A model generated the notes under the pieces. It made no database searches and had not been told where the DNA came from. It was given only the letters and a program-made list of their open reading frames with translations. DNA of 64,000 bases from IMG/VR virus record IMGVR_UViG_2788500098_000001; one strand, given 5' to 3'. This document shows, one piece after another, positions 19,523 to 29,135 of this stretch; position 1 is the stretch's first letter, and each line of letters begins with the position of its first letter. This DNA comes from a virus. A program made the position numbers and the translations under genes.

Positions 19523-20095
19523 ATGTCTATTGCCTTGTTTGCAAAACAACATCGACGAGTTGAATTGATGAAGGGATATGATGCTATGCCAGATGCTACT
19601 TTGCAGGAATGCTGGCAGAGGCCTTTTTATCTGTTTGCTCGAGGTAAAGGGCGTGCCTGTCGTAAAGAGCTATGGATGTTTGGTGTATTCGTAGCTATTA
19701 TGTCTCAAGGCTTGTCAAGATTGTTTGATTCTGGTGCTCTGATTATTATTCCTACACTGTTTTCCATAGTATGTTGTATTCCTCATTATGCTCTCATGGT
19801 TCGCCGTTCGCATGATCTGATGCTGTCAGGCTGGCTGGCATTGCTACCGGTAGGTTTAACGTTTTTAGCATCTGTTATTGTCACATGCGAAAACATGCAT
19901 GTTGGAGATGAAAGTCTGTTCGGTGGGTTAGCAATAGTGGCCATAGTGTTGGCTGTTCTTTCGCAGGTTCCGCTTTTGTGTTTTCCTTCCCGTTATCCTA
20001 AAACAGTAGAGGATACAGTAAATGATGAAGAACGAGATAATAGTTGGAATGCTGTTAACAGTATTCAAGTAGGTGATACTACTAGAACGTATTAA
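19523..20095 (+). CDS. DUF805 membrane protein
   Basis: F..KGRA.RKE.W and L.VRR.HD..LSGW motifs. Confidence 0.85.
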   Translation: MSIALFAKQHRRVELMKGYDAMPDATLQECWQRPFYLFARGKGRACRKELWMFGVFVAIMSQGLSRLFDSGALIIIPTLFSIVCCIPHYALMVRRSHDLMLSGWLALLPVGLTFLASVIVTCENMHVGDESLFGGLAIVAIVLAVLSQVPLLCFPSRYPKTVEDTVNDEERDNSWNAVNSIQVGDTTRTY

Positions 20096-20116
20096 CGTAT
20101 AAGCTGTTGAGCGAAT

Positions 20117-20160
20117 ATAGTGTCCCTCATCAATATTACAAGGTGGGGGACACTATTTTT
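20117..20160. terminator. Terminator between convergent genes
   Basis: ATAGTGTCCCTCAT..GTGGGGGACACTAT followed by a T run. Confidence 0.75.
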
Positions 20161-20458
20161 CTGGTAATTCCACTTGGTAAATGTTGCTACTGATTCGCCA
20201 TACTGATGATAATAATGGGCGATGAAATAAGATAATCGTACGTTTAACGAGTTGACGGCGCATAAATCCACCTAAAGTGGAGTACTGGGCTATTATTTTA
20301 CGTTGTCCTATCTTACTTATTGTTGCATCTACTGGTCTGACAACATTCTTGTCTGTCGTGTTTTCTCCTTGAGGTAAGTAAACGAAAGATACTCTACTTC
20401 CTACTTGCATGTTAAAGGTTATTGGATGTCCATCAGCATACACTTGTATTACACTCAT
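20153..20458 (-). CDS. Hypothetical protein
   Basis: ATGA-coupled to the upstream gene. Confidence 0.65.
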   Translation of the reverse strand: MSVIQVYADGHPITFNMQVGSRVSFVYLPQGENTTDKNVVRPVDATISKIGQRKIIAQYSTLGGFMRRQLVKRTIILFHRPLLSSVWRISSNIYQVELPEK

Positions 20459-21420
20459 GATTTATCCTTTCCGTCTTCGTTAATATTGAGCGCATTAGCA
20501 TCCATAAGAGCATCATGCCAGCGGTTTGCGTACTCGGGTAGTGTAGGTCCTTGCCCTGGTGCCCCCCATGCAAGTACATGAGGTGTTCCATCAGGATTAG
20601 ATACTAGTAAATCGTAAACGAATTTAGTGGGCGCTTGAGTTTCGGCTTTTTCGTGTAGAGTGACGCTTACTCGTAATACTGCGGTGTCTGATGTGTTGCC
20701 TTCGCGATTAATTTTTCCGCGCTTCAAATATGCACCATGATCAATCGTGGTGGATTGTGCTGAACCTAGCATGAGTGGCTGATATGTTGCATTCGCATCA
20801 GGGTCGGATACCACGACTTTTAAACGGTCGGGGTCGGTACTCATCCATGCTTGCCCCCATTGGGTTACTAACGTTTGTAGCGCAGCTGATGGTTGTAAAT
20901 CATTTAATGTGTCAGCCCAGCTTAATGTGGTGTCTGGTTGGCTTTGTGATATAGGAGGTAACGGGTTTGCACTCACTCCTGCTACGGGTATACCGTTATC
21001 TGTGACGGTAACATGTACTTTCCACCATCTGTTTTTCTTGTTTTCAACAGTTAAATTATGGGTTCGTACGTTTGCTTGCGTATGACCATCACTCAGCGTA
21101 TAAGGTTGTGAACCATCCCAGCTGACAATATGCGCGCCTTCTCCTAATGGATCACCATGTGTCAGCCAGGTTTCTACGCTTGCGTAAGCTGCTTGTTTAC
21201 CTGTTGGATTGAAATCTGGGACGATTGGTTTCGGCGCTGTTGGCTGGTTGACGATTGCGCCAACAAGATAGATAACCAGTATGAATTCGATAATTCGGAT
21301 AACACGCCACCATTTAGTGCGTGCAGCCACTAGTTTTACGAATTGTTTATCCGGGTTTTCTTCTGGTTTCTGATGGGCTCGTTGCCAACCATAGTCTGTT
21401 TGCGTTCGTTTTTTCCACAT
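20455..21420 (-). CDS. Conjugal transfer protein, TcpC/VirB8-like
   Basis: One N-terminal TM then two tandem beta-rich domains; transfer-cluster context. Confidence 0.55.
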   Translation of the reverse strand: MWKKRTQTDYGWQRAHQKPEENPDKQFVKLVAARTKWWRVIRIIEFILVIYLVGAIVNQPTAPKPIVPDFNPTGKQAAYASVETWLTHGDPLGEGAHIVSWDGSQPYTLSDGHTQANVRTHNLTVENKKNRWWKVHVTVTDNGIPVAGVSANPLPPISQSQPDTTLSWADTLNDLQPSAALQTLVTQWGQAWMSTDPDRLKVVVSDPDANATYQPLMLGSAQSTTIDHGAYLKRGKINREGNTSDTAVLRVSVTLHEKAETQAPTKFVYDLLVSNPDGTPHVLAWGAPGQGPTLPEYANRWHDALMDANALNINEDGKDKS

Positions 21421-21429
21421 GTTCTCTAA

Positions 21430-21454
21430 CTATGCGAACGATAAAGCTGCATAG
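21430..21454. promoter_or_regulatory. Divergent pair of class B motifs
   Basis: CTATGC 21430-35 is 9 nt from ATG 21420(-); GCATAG 21449-54 is upstream of 21489(+). Confidence 0.75.
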
Positions 21455-21488
21455 AAAGTAAAGACAATTCTTAGAGAAAGGTATCATA

Positions 21489-21851
21489 ATGCGTAATTAT
21501 GGTGGGTTTATAGCTGCCCCGCAAATTGTTGGTCCGTTGCGTGATGGTGTCCAAAAGTTTGTTTCCACTATCTCCAGTAATAGTGGACTCATGACATTAC
21601 TTATGGTAATTGGCGGTATTGTTATCGCAGTTTGTATTGCATTGTTACTGCTGAGAAAGTTTTGGCCACAAACCCCTATAGGAAGACAAATGAATGAAGG
21701 TAACAGCAGTGTCGTATGGTGTATCGTAGCTATTTTACTGGGTACTGTACTTATTTTACCTGGTCAAATTCTACCCTTCCTCACAGCAATTATCGCTAGT
21801 TTAGTACAGTGGGTTATTCTAAACCCTTTGAGTATGATTTTCGGTATTTAA
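21489..21851 (+). CDS. VirB2/pilin-like membrane protein
   Basis: 120 aa, 2-3 TMs, first gene of the transfer operon. Confidence 0.5.
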   Translation: MRNYGGFIAAPQIVGPLRDGVQKFVSTISSNSGLMTLLMVIGGIVIAVCIALLLLRKFWPQTPIGRQMNEGNSSVVWCIVAILLGTVLILPGQILPFLTAIIASLVQWVILNPLSMIFGI

Positions 21852-21853
21852 TC

Positions 21854-22255
21854 ATGCTGTTTGATTTAACGCGAATTTCAGGCGAGCGCGTCAGCCAGGT
21901 TGATGAGTTGAAAGTGGCAGGACGTATTTGGTTGCGTTCTACTGATTTATTGCTCATCGGTGGTGGTGCTGTGGTGGGTGTGATGATAGCTCAGAGTATT
22001 CGTATGCTTACGGTGAGTTGGATTCCCTATTTATTGATACCTGTGTGTGCTTGTGTGTCGTATGTGTTGTTTTCGCGTAAGCGTTCTGTTGCTGGTGAAG
22101 TGCATGCTCGCCGTTTTGATCGGTGGCGTGATAAACGGCGTGCACTTGATGGAGAGTTTATTTTACCTGGTTCTAGTCGAGCGTTTAGTCCGAATGGGTA
22201 TCGGTTGATTATGCAGCATGCTCATCCTGTGTATGCGCCTCGTTCGTATTCGTAA
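21854..22255 (+). CDS. PrgI/VirB3-like membrane protein
   Basis: Two central TMs and a basic tail; lies between the pilin-like and VirB6-like genes. Confidence 0.5.
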   Translation: MLFDLTRISGERVSQVDELKVAGRIWLRSTDLLLIGGGAVVGVMIAQSIRMLTVSWIPYLLIPVCACVSYVLFSRKRSVAGEVHARRFDRWRDKRRALDGEFILPGSSRAFSPNGYRLIMQHAHPVYAPRSYS

Positions 22256-25200
22256 GTGTTGGCTGTTAGGAAGCTGTGGTGTTTTGTGAGTAGTGTGACA
22301 GTGGCTATTGATTCGTTGCCTGTTTTGCGCTGGTCTGATGTGACGGGAGCGTTGACTAATCGTACTGATGGCATGATTGAGATGATTACCAGTTCGTTTA
22401 CGTCGATTCCTTCTAATCTTGAGGGCGTGTTTTTGTCTGTTGGCAATAACTTGTGGGGGTCGGCAGCTCAACTGGTTAAATTGTCGAGTGGTGTTGATTT
22501 GACAGCTACGTTTGGTCCTGTTGCTAACCGTTTTGCTGGCACTATTTATACGAGTTTGACGGGCGACTGGATGATTTTGTCGCTTATGATTGTGTTTGTT
22601 TTGGTTGCAAGTTTGATAGCCGTATATCGTGGTCAGGGTGTTCGAGTGTTGGGTAAACGGTTGTCGGCTCTCATCTTGGGATTAGGTTTATTTGTGTTTA
22701 TGGGAGCCTCTTCAGCTGCTCATCCTACAACTGCTGCTGCTGGTACACCATGGTGGATTACCAGCACTGTTACTTCTGTGGTTGGGCAGGCTGGAGGTGG
22801 TGTTGGCTCAGCTTTATCGCATGGTATGGATGCTTCCAATTCTTTCCTTGCGACTGATAATTCTGGTAAGAATGCGCCTGATCAACTGTCATGTCGTAGA
22901 TATTTAGCTCAATTACGTAAAGATGCGGCACAGGAAATGAAAGATCCGGTGATTGATTCGTTGAGTCGCATGTGGGAAGAAACCGGATTACGCATGTGGA
23001 CGCGCGCCCAATATGGTTCTGGTGATAATGGGACGCAAGTGTTTTGTCGTGTTTTAGAAACGCGAGCTGGTGTTCCTTCAGAACAGCAAGCGCAGATATC
23101 TAATAAAGCTCTTGGGGTGGCGAAAGATAAAATCACTTTAGATCAAAATGCTGTGGCCTGGTATCCGCGGCTTATGATTATTACGAGTGAAAAACCTGAT
23201 TCTGATAAAAGTGGTGAGCAAGTTGCTGACGCGAAAATGATTGATCGTATGGTCACTATGTTTGACACGTGTGGAGTTACCAGTAAAGGTGAAGTGTATG
23301 TTCGTCCTGGATTCCAGTTTATTAATGCGATCCAGGGTAAAGACCGTGGGATAGGTAAAACTGAGGATTCTGCGCGTGATTTGAGGGCGAATTGTTCAGC
23401 TGTTTTAACTGGTGTTACTGGTCGTTCTGATGCTCCAGAAAATTATCGGATGATTCTTCCTGGTACGCATACTCCGAAAGTAGGTTTTATTAATAAGGAT
23501 GGTGATTTCGAAGATATTAAAGACGGGCACGGTCCTGACGAGGATACGAGTAGACAGTATGCGAATGATGCTGGTGGCGCTCAAATCCGACAGTTAGTTG
23601 GCAAGTTTGATGTGACCGGTAAATCCAGTTGGACTACGCTTGCTGACAGTGATAAAACGAATCCGGGTACATCTGCTCAACGACAAAATGCGATCAGTAC
23701 GTTCAGTCAACAACGTAGTCCTGGTAATTTAAGTGATGTTGGTGGCTCGCTAGTGTTTGTAGTCTCAGGTTTAGTGAACCTACTGATTTGGGGGATTCTT
23801 TTCGGTGTAATGCGTATGGTTGCTACGATTATGAGTTTTCTGATGAGCGCTGGTGGCTTGTATTTCGGTTTGCTAGTATACGCGATTATTCCTGATAAAG
23901 GTGGTAAAGCGTTAACCAATGCTGCTAAACAGTTGACAGGCATGTGTGCTGGAGTTTCCATTCTTGGTATTATTGCATCACTGGTCAGTATTATCGCTAA
24001 TGCTCTCATGATGGGCTTAGGGTTTTTCACATCTAATGGTAATACGTCCTCTACGGTAATGCTCATGAGTATATCTTCATTAGTGGCTGCTCCTATATCA
24101 TTGTGGACGTTGAAATACTTGTGCGAACATGTGTTTAACATTGGTAACCCGTTTAGTTTGCAAGCATTAGCTAAAATCATGGGTGGAGCCACTATTTTTA
24201 ATGGTATGAAAGCTGCTGTTGGAGGACTTGCTAGTGGTGCGGCAACACTGGTAGCTGGGGGAGGAGCTATGTCCGCGGTTGCTGCTGCTACTCGAGCTTC
24301 TCAAGCTGGAATGCGTGGCGGTTCAATACTACCAACATTAGCTAATGCAACCAGTAGTGGATGGGGTTCAAATAAACGCAACCAGGGTAAGAATAGTAAC
24401 CATCAGCATCTCAACACGCATGGTAGTCTTGCTGATCAGTCCACGATTCCTATGAAAAGCAATCAGAAGATAGGAAAACCACAAGTCAAGCAAGTGCCGC
24501 AAGACACACACTCTGTGCAGCATACTCGACAAGAGCTTCAACAAGCGAATCAAATCATGAAAAACAGCTTGTATGAGCAGGCTTCTCGTGAAGGTCTTTC
24601 TGGTAGCGAAGCAGATGAGCGTGTCAACCAGCTTATGCGAACACGACGCTCCGCTGATACTATCGGACAGATTGCCGATGATATTCATCAGGCTCATGCT
24701 CAACAATCAGTATCACATCACAGGCAACGAAACCGGTTGACCCGTCCTACACCTATGGTTCCACCACAACGAATAAGTAAACCAACTCATACACCATTAC
24801 GGCAGGCAGCGAAAATTGCTACGCAACCGTATCAAGCTTTCGCCTGGGCTGCGAAACAGCATCCAATAACCAGTTCACTGATGGTGGCAGGATTAGCACC
24901 CAACCTGCTACCTATCATGGCTGGAAGCATGCTCCTAGGTCATTCAGCTCTACACGAGCGTGGTCTCATCCATCGCGCAACTGTTACCATGGGAACACGA
25001 TTAAAGCAGCCACTCAGTCAAGCGGAACAAAGTTTACGCCACACTGCTACTAATCTTCCACCGGTGCGACCACCATTTAGGCCAGCCCATGACTGGACCA
25101 TTCCCTTGGAACGTTCACGTGCTTACCAGCAAGTGGAACAAGCACACCAAACATACAAGCAACAACAGCCCCCTGAACCAAAGGCTCACCAACCATCATC

Positions 25201-25357
25201 ACACAGGATGCTGCAAGCACAACAACCCTTACAAACAGCAAGGAAACCATTAAAAGAACATCAACAGCAAACAATACGAACAGTAGACGTTAAACAAGCA
25301 AACACAGGACAACCTAAACGTGACGCGCCAACACAATCCGAACACACACCACAGTAA
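22256..25357 (+). CDS. VirB6/TrbL-like polytopic transfer protein with long Q/H/P-rich tail
   Basis: Multiple TM clusters, large extracellular loop, low-complexity C-terminus. Confidence 0.65.
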   Translation: MLAVRKLWCFVSSVTVAIDSLPVLRWSDVTGALTNRTDGMIEMITSSFTSIPSNLEGVFLSVGNNLWGSAAQLVKLSSGVDLTATFGPVANRFAGTIYTSLTGDWMILSLMIVFVLVASLIAVYRGQGVRVLGKRLSALILGLGLFVFMGASSAAHPTTAAAGTPWWITSTVTSVVGQAGGGVGSALSHGMDASNSFLATDNSGKNAPDQLSCRRYLAQLRKDAAQEMKDPVIDSLSRMWEETGLRMWTRAQYGSGDNGTQVFCRVLETRAGVPSEQQAQISNKALGVAKDKITLDQNAVAWYPRLMIITSEKPDSDKSGEQVADAKMIDRMVTMFDTCGVTSKGEVYVRPGFQFINAIQGKDRGIGKTEDSARDLRANCSAVLTGVTGRSDAPENYRMILPGTHTPKVGFINKDGDFEDIKDGHGPDEDTSRQYANDAGGAQIRQLVGKFDVTGKSSWTTLADSDKTNPGTSAQRQNAISTFSQQRSPGNLSDVGGSLVFVVSGLVNLLIWGILFGVMRMVATIMSFLMSAGGLYFGLLVYAIIPDKGGKALTNAAKQLTGMCAGVSILGIIASLVSIIANALMMGLGFFTSNGNTSSTVMLMSISSLVAAPISLWTLKYLCEHVFNIGNPFSLQALAKIMGGATIFNGMKAAVGGLASGAATLVAGGGAMSAVAAATRASQAGMRGGSILPTLANATSSGWGSNKRNQGKNSNHQHLNTHGSLADQSTIPMKSNQKIGKPQVKQVPQDTHSVQHTRQELQQANQIMKNSLYEQASREGLSGSEADERVNQLMRTRRSADTIGQIADDIHQAHAQQSVSHHRQRNRLTRPTPMVPPQRISKPTHTPLRQAAKIATQPYQAFAWAAKQHPITSSLMVAGLAPNLLPIMAGSMLLGHSALHERGLIHRATVTMGTRLKQPLSQAEQSLRHTATNLPPVRPPFRPAHDWTIPLERSRAYQQVEQAHQTYKQQQPPEPKAHQPSSHRMLQAQQPLQTARKPLKEHQQQTIRTVDVKQANTGQPKRDAPTQSEHTPQ

Positions 25358-25451
25358 GAACAAATGAGCACATGCCATTAACCAGTGGGAGAAGACGACT
25401 CTCGAACACTCCCATCCTCTCCCACTGGCGTACCTAGTTCACAAGCTGAGC

Positions 25452-25457
25452 GCATAG
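25452..25457 (+). promoter_or_regulatory. Class B motif (leaderless)
   Basis: GCATAG-8 nt-ATG 25466. Confidence 0.7.
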
Positions 25458-25465
25458 AAACAGGC

Positions 25466-26266
25466 ATGGATATTCTCACAGATAACATTTCACCCTATTG
25501 GCTAGCAGACCCTCTCATAGCACAAGCCAATAGGAAGACCGTAACACGTATGGTTTACGGAAACCAACAAGTACCCCTATCATACATAACTGGATTACCT
25601 TCTTGCCCACTACCGGTACTAACCGTGGAAGGCGCTACTCCAGAACACAACATGTTCAACGGCTTATACGCTTTACCCTTCATATATTTACCTGAAGAAA
25701 TATGGTTACGCCGCCCAGGAGAACTCCTCGCTGTCTATCACATGCGAATCATAATCGCTCTGGATATGCTCAACCTACTTACCGTAGAAGACGGCTTATG
25801 GTTTACGCCCATCCCAGAAGCCCCTAACACACCAGAGCAAGTAAATCGCTTTACCCGATGCTACACACGACAGCACACGAGCAATGAGTTCAATACGATA
25901 CGCAATCGCATCGCAGAACAAATGACACAAACCTGGCCTGAAGGTTACTCATTCGAACAAGAATGGCAGTTTGCTGACAGTCTGGCTGACTTATCAATGC
26001 GAGGTTCAGCTGTACTCATGGCACAACGAGCGCTCGCATTAAGTATGGAAGGAGGACAAACTGCTGAATATGCTGTCTCCTTGCTGCGTGAAGCACAAGC
26101 GTGTTACGGAGCATATTTCAATCCCACAAGCATGGATCCGCATAGTGTGCGTGAGTGGATGACAGCACACCGTGACGATGCTTATAACCTGTTTGATCAA
26201 CTAGTAACCGTTGGTTTAGAACGACAGGAAGTTGCTAATACAGTCCGGGAGGTGCTTGATGACTAA
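25466..26266 (+). CDS. Hypothetical protein
   Basis: Long ORF; start reassigned to the in-frame ATG after class B motif. Confidence 0.75.
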   Translation: MDILTDNISPYWLADPLIAQANRKTVTRMVYGNQQVPLSYITGLPSCPLPVLTVEGATPEHNMFNGLYALPFIYLPEEIWLRRPGELLAVYHMRIIIALDMLNLLTVEDGLWFTPIPEAPNTPEQVNRFTRCYTRQHTSNEFNTIRNRIAEQMTQTWPEGYSFEQEWQFADSLADLSMRGSAVLMAQRALALSMEGGQTAEYAVSLLREAQACYGAYFNPTSMDPHSVREWMTAHRDDAYNLFDQLVTVGLERQEVANTVREVLDD

Positions 26267-26405
26267 TGAAATACGAAATAAGCAGAATGAGCGTGAAAAA
26301 AATAAGTTTGTTTCTGAGAGCTCACAACACAAGTGGGGTTTATGGATTGGTATACTCGCCCTGTTCATACTGCCAATTGAACTGTTACTCAGGATATTAG
26401 GATGA
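26259..26405 (+). CDS. 48-aa single-TM protein (not in ORF track)
   Basis: GGAGG SD; MTNEIRNKQ..WGLWIGILALFILPIELLLRILG; overlaps both neighbours, ATGA coupling. Confidence 0.7.
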   Translation: MTNEIRNKQNEREKNKFVSESSQHKWGLWIGILALFILPIELLLRILG

Positions 26406-27097
26406 GAGTAAAACGGTTTATCTTTCGATTATGGTCAAACTATAAGGCTATCAGATATACCACTATCATGCTGTCGACAGTAGGTTCCACTGGGGGATTC
26501 GCATGGCTGGTGAACCGGTTGTCCGCATGGCGCAACCGATTAGAAACAAGCATCGATAGTCCGGAGTTTATAACCAATGAAATCATTGATGAACAACATT
26601 CGCGTTGGCCAACCATATCATTTGATTGGCGTTTAGCGAGCGCATACTGGTGGGTGGTAGCACTGATAATAATTTTTATTATCGTGTGGATAGTTGCTCA
26701 TATTCGTGTTGCATCTCCTCATAATGGGTTTACTCGTGATCCTCGTCGTGAGTTTACTGTTGCCGACCGTCAATGGATTGACCAGTGTACGGCGCGTCAG
26801 TGTGAGTATCGGATTGGTTTAGGATTGTTGAGATGTAATCGTCGGGCTGAACAGTTAGATCATTGGTATCCGTGGTCTAAAGGTGGAGCGACAGACCGTC
26901 ATAATCTGGTGAACTTGTGTGCGCATCATAATCGTAGGAAAAGCGATAAAATTCCTACTGTATGGTCAACGAAACTGTTATATCATGCTCGACTGCATTA
27001 TTTCCCACCACAATATCGTGGTTTTACTAAGCCTGATGGTATTGATTATCGTATGCTAGATACCGATACTAGTATCATTGATGAAGATTACGTGTAA
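26402..27097 (+). CDS. Membrane-bound HNH endonuclease
   Basis: Two N-terminal hydrophobic segments; CEY..C..DHWYPWSKGGAT...NLVNLC..HN..K. Confidence 0.88.
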   Translation: MRVKRFIFRLWSNYKAIRYTTIMLSTVGSTGGFAWLVNRLSAWRNRLETSIDSPEFITNEIIDEQHSRWPTISFDWRLASAYWWVVALIIIFIIVWIVAHIRVASPHNGFTRDPRREFTVADRQWIDQCTARQCEYRIGLGLLRCNRRAEQLDHWYPWSKGGATDRHNLVNLCAHHNRRKSDKIPTVWSTKLLYHARLHYFPPQYRGFTKPDGIDYRMLDTDTSIIDEDYV

Positions 27098-27108
27098 TGC
27101 AACGAACT

Positions 27109-27128
27109 TTGGACGCATATTAAGAAGT
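27109..27128 (+). promoter_or_regulatory. Class A motif
   Basis: TTGGACGCATATTAAGAAGT upstream of 27183. Confidence 0.85.
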
Positions 27129-27182
27129 AGTTACCGCAAGGTAATCAACCTATATATTCATGAGAATGAAGGGACAACATAA

Positions 27183-27599
27183 ATGACAGCATATACACTA
27201 GTGGTGGATTCTAACGAGAGTCTACCGCTACCTATAAGTGTTCAAGAATATCAGAAGAGGACGGAACATGTTGTTAGTGAGTTAGCCGATATTAATCCAG
27301 ATTGGAGCGCTCAAGCAGCAGAACGTCTCGCTGATTTTGATGATTATGGTGGTACGGTCCACGATTTTGATGGAGCTATGCTCCACGTATATGAATTATG
27401 GTCTCTTGAACATACCGGCTTTCCTGCTTCATTCGGGTCAGGATGGTATTCTCCTGACGGCATGCTCAACGTGTGCATGGAGGACATAGACCTTGAATCA
27501 GCTATTGACTATGCTCATATGCTCAACCGTACCATAATTCGCATATGGTATTGCACTGAAGGACAAATACCGGGTCGATTCCAGTTGTTTACTTTGTAA
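27183..27599 (+). CDS. Hypothetical acidic protein
   Basis: AAGGGA SD, 138 aa. Confidence 0.75.
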   Translation: MTAYTLVVDSNESLPLPISVQEYQKRTEHVVSELADINPDWSAQAAERLADFDDYGGTVHDFDGAMLHVYELWSLEHTGFPASFGSGWYSPDGMLNVCMEDIDLESAIDYAHMLNRTIIRIWYCTEGQIPGRFQLFTL

Positions 27600-27645
27600 G
27601 TATTATTGCTTCTGCTGTTTTAAAGCATACTGTAAACTACTGCTC

Positions 27646-27651
27646 GCATAG
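27646..27651 (+). promoter_or_regulatory. Class B motif (leaderless)
   Basis: GCATAG-8 nt-ATG 27660. Confidence 0.8.
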
Positions 27652-27659
27652 GTTCGAGC

Positions 27660-29027
27660 ATGCCTTTTAATCCGTTTGCAGATACGAGCACTGCTTCCTC
27701 GAACGATTCTCCTGTAAGAGACTCATGTTCTGAGGCTACACCACAACTTTCAACCGCACCATCGTTACCAATGCAGGAGCGTGAACTGTCTGATGTGCCT
27801 GAGGCTTTTAATGATGGTCTCATAGTTGAGCAAGATGGTGATCCTGTTGAGCCTATGAGCGACGAGGAAGCTTGGGAAGCTGCTTGGGCTCCTGTTGAGC
27901 CTATTCGTTCTGACACGAATATGAGTGCTGATGATACACCTACATTCTGTGACGAACTGAATACTCTTAGTGATGATGACCTTATGAACCGGCATCACAA
28001 TGATGATAGTGATAGTACGAGTGTTCACGGATCATGGGTAGAACAGCTTGATACACAAGGAGAAGAACCGCTTGATTTAGACTGGCGGCAAGCCGACGAT
28101 GATGAGCCTACAGGACCTATTGATCTTGAAAGCGATATTGATGCTATCAGCAATGAGGAAGACGACTGTAGTAGTGAGGAACAATCTGCTGTCGACTGGA
28201 ATGAGTTCATAGATGATTCTCACGAATGGTCAGATGAAACTGAAGAAGAGAATACTCCTAAGCACCATTGGTTAGAACAGGTCAAAGCATGGTTCTCACG
28301 ATCATGGAAACCAGTTGTTCTCATCGTTATACTGCTTGCTCTCATTATCGGCTCTGGTGTTGGCGTTCGATCATGGACTGCTCATCGCTCACATCAAGCT
28401 GCTCTGAGAAAACAAGATTCGATTTGTCAACAATTATTGGATTTACGAAAAACGTGGACGCGCTTAGAACATGATGCTCAGTCTCTCACTATTCAAACGG
28501 GATCTACTCCTAGTTTTTCCTGTTCGGCTGATTATGAGACTATGAGCCGACAGGTGCAACAAGCAAACCAACAGATTACACGCACCCAAACACTCATACA
28601 ACAAACTATTGCTCAACGATGGCAAACATGGAAACCTCGATTGCAACAAGTTTCCAACCAGTTTCCTCAATCCAGCGATACAACCAAACATGATGCGCAA
28701 CATTTAGCAGTTCAACAGCCTCATACGATCGGTGAGCTGACTAGCATGGAACATCAAGCTCAAGCACTCATAGTCAAGGCTGAACACGAGCATAAGAGTG
28801 CAGAACAAGCAGCTCAAGCTCAACGCCAACAGGAAGAAGCACAACGCTTACAAGCCCAACAACAGTCTTCTCAACCCGCACCTTCACCAGTCAAGCCAGC
28901 ACCTCAACCACGATACATGCCATCACATGCTCAACCTAAAAACCCAATCCAACCAGCTCCCGCACCACAACCAGCACCACCAGTTATGCCTGTTCCTCCA
29001 CAAGGCAATAGTGATGTTGACATGTAA
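27660..29027 (+). CDS. Membrane protein: acidic cytoplasmic N-terminus, TM, coiled coil, Pro-rich tail
   Basis: D/E-rich first 200 aa, one TM, Q-rich helices, PAP tail. Confidence 0.8.
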   Translation: MPFNPFADTSTASSNDSPVRDSCSEATPQLSTAPSLPMQERELSDVPEAFNDGLIVEQDGDPVEPMSDEEAWEAAWAPVEPIRSDTNMSADDTPTFCDELNTLSDDDLMNRHHNDDSDSTSVHGSWVEQLDTQGEEPLDLDWRQADDDEPTGPIDLESDIDAISNEEDDCSSEEQSAVDWNEFIDDSHEWSDETEEENTPKHHWLEQVKAWFSRSWKPVVLIVILLALIIGSGVGVRSWTAHRSHQAALRKQDSICQQLLDLRKTWTRLEHDAQSLTIQTGSTPSFSCSADYETMSRQVQQANQQITRTQTLIQQTIAQRWQTWKPRLQQVSNQFPQSSDTTKHDAQHLAVQQPHTIGELTSMEHQAQALIVKAEHEHKSAEQAAQAQRQQEEAQRLQAQQQSSQPAPSPVKPAPQPRYMPSHAQPKNPIQPAPAPQPAPPVMPVPPQGNSDVDM

Positions 29028-29135
29028 ATAATAGCGGTACTCGTTTGGTCCACAGCTCTACTATCACATATGATGCCGTTCGTGTTTTCCTGGCACGAAC
29101 AGCATCATACGTGTATCTTTTGCGACTATATGGTT

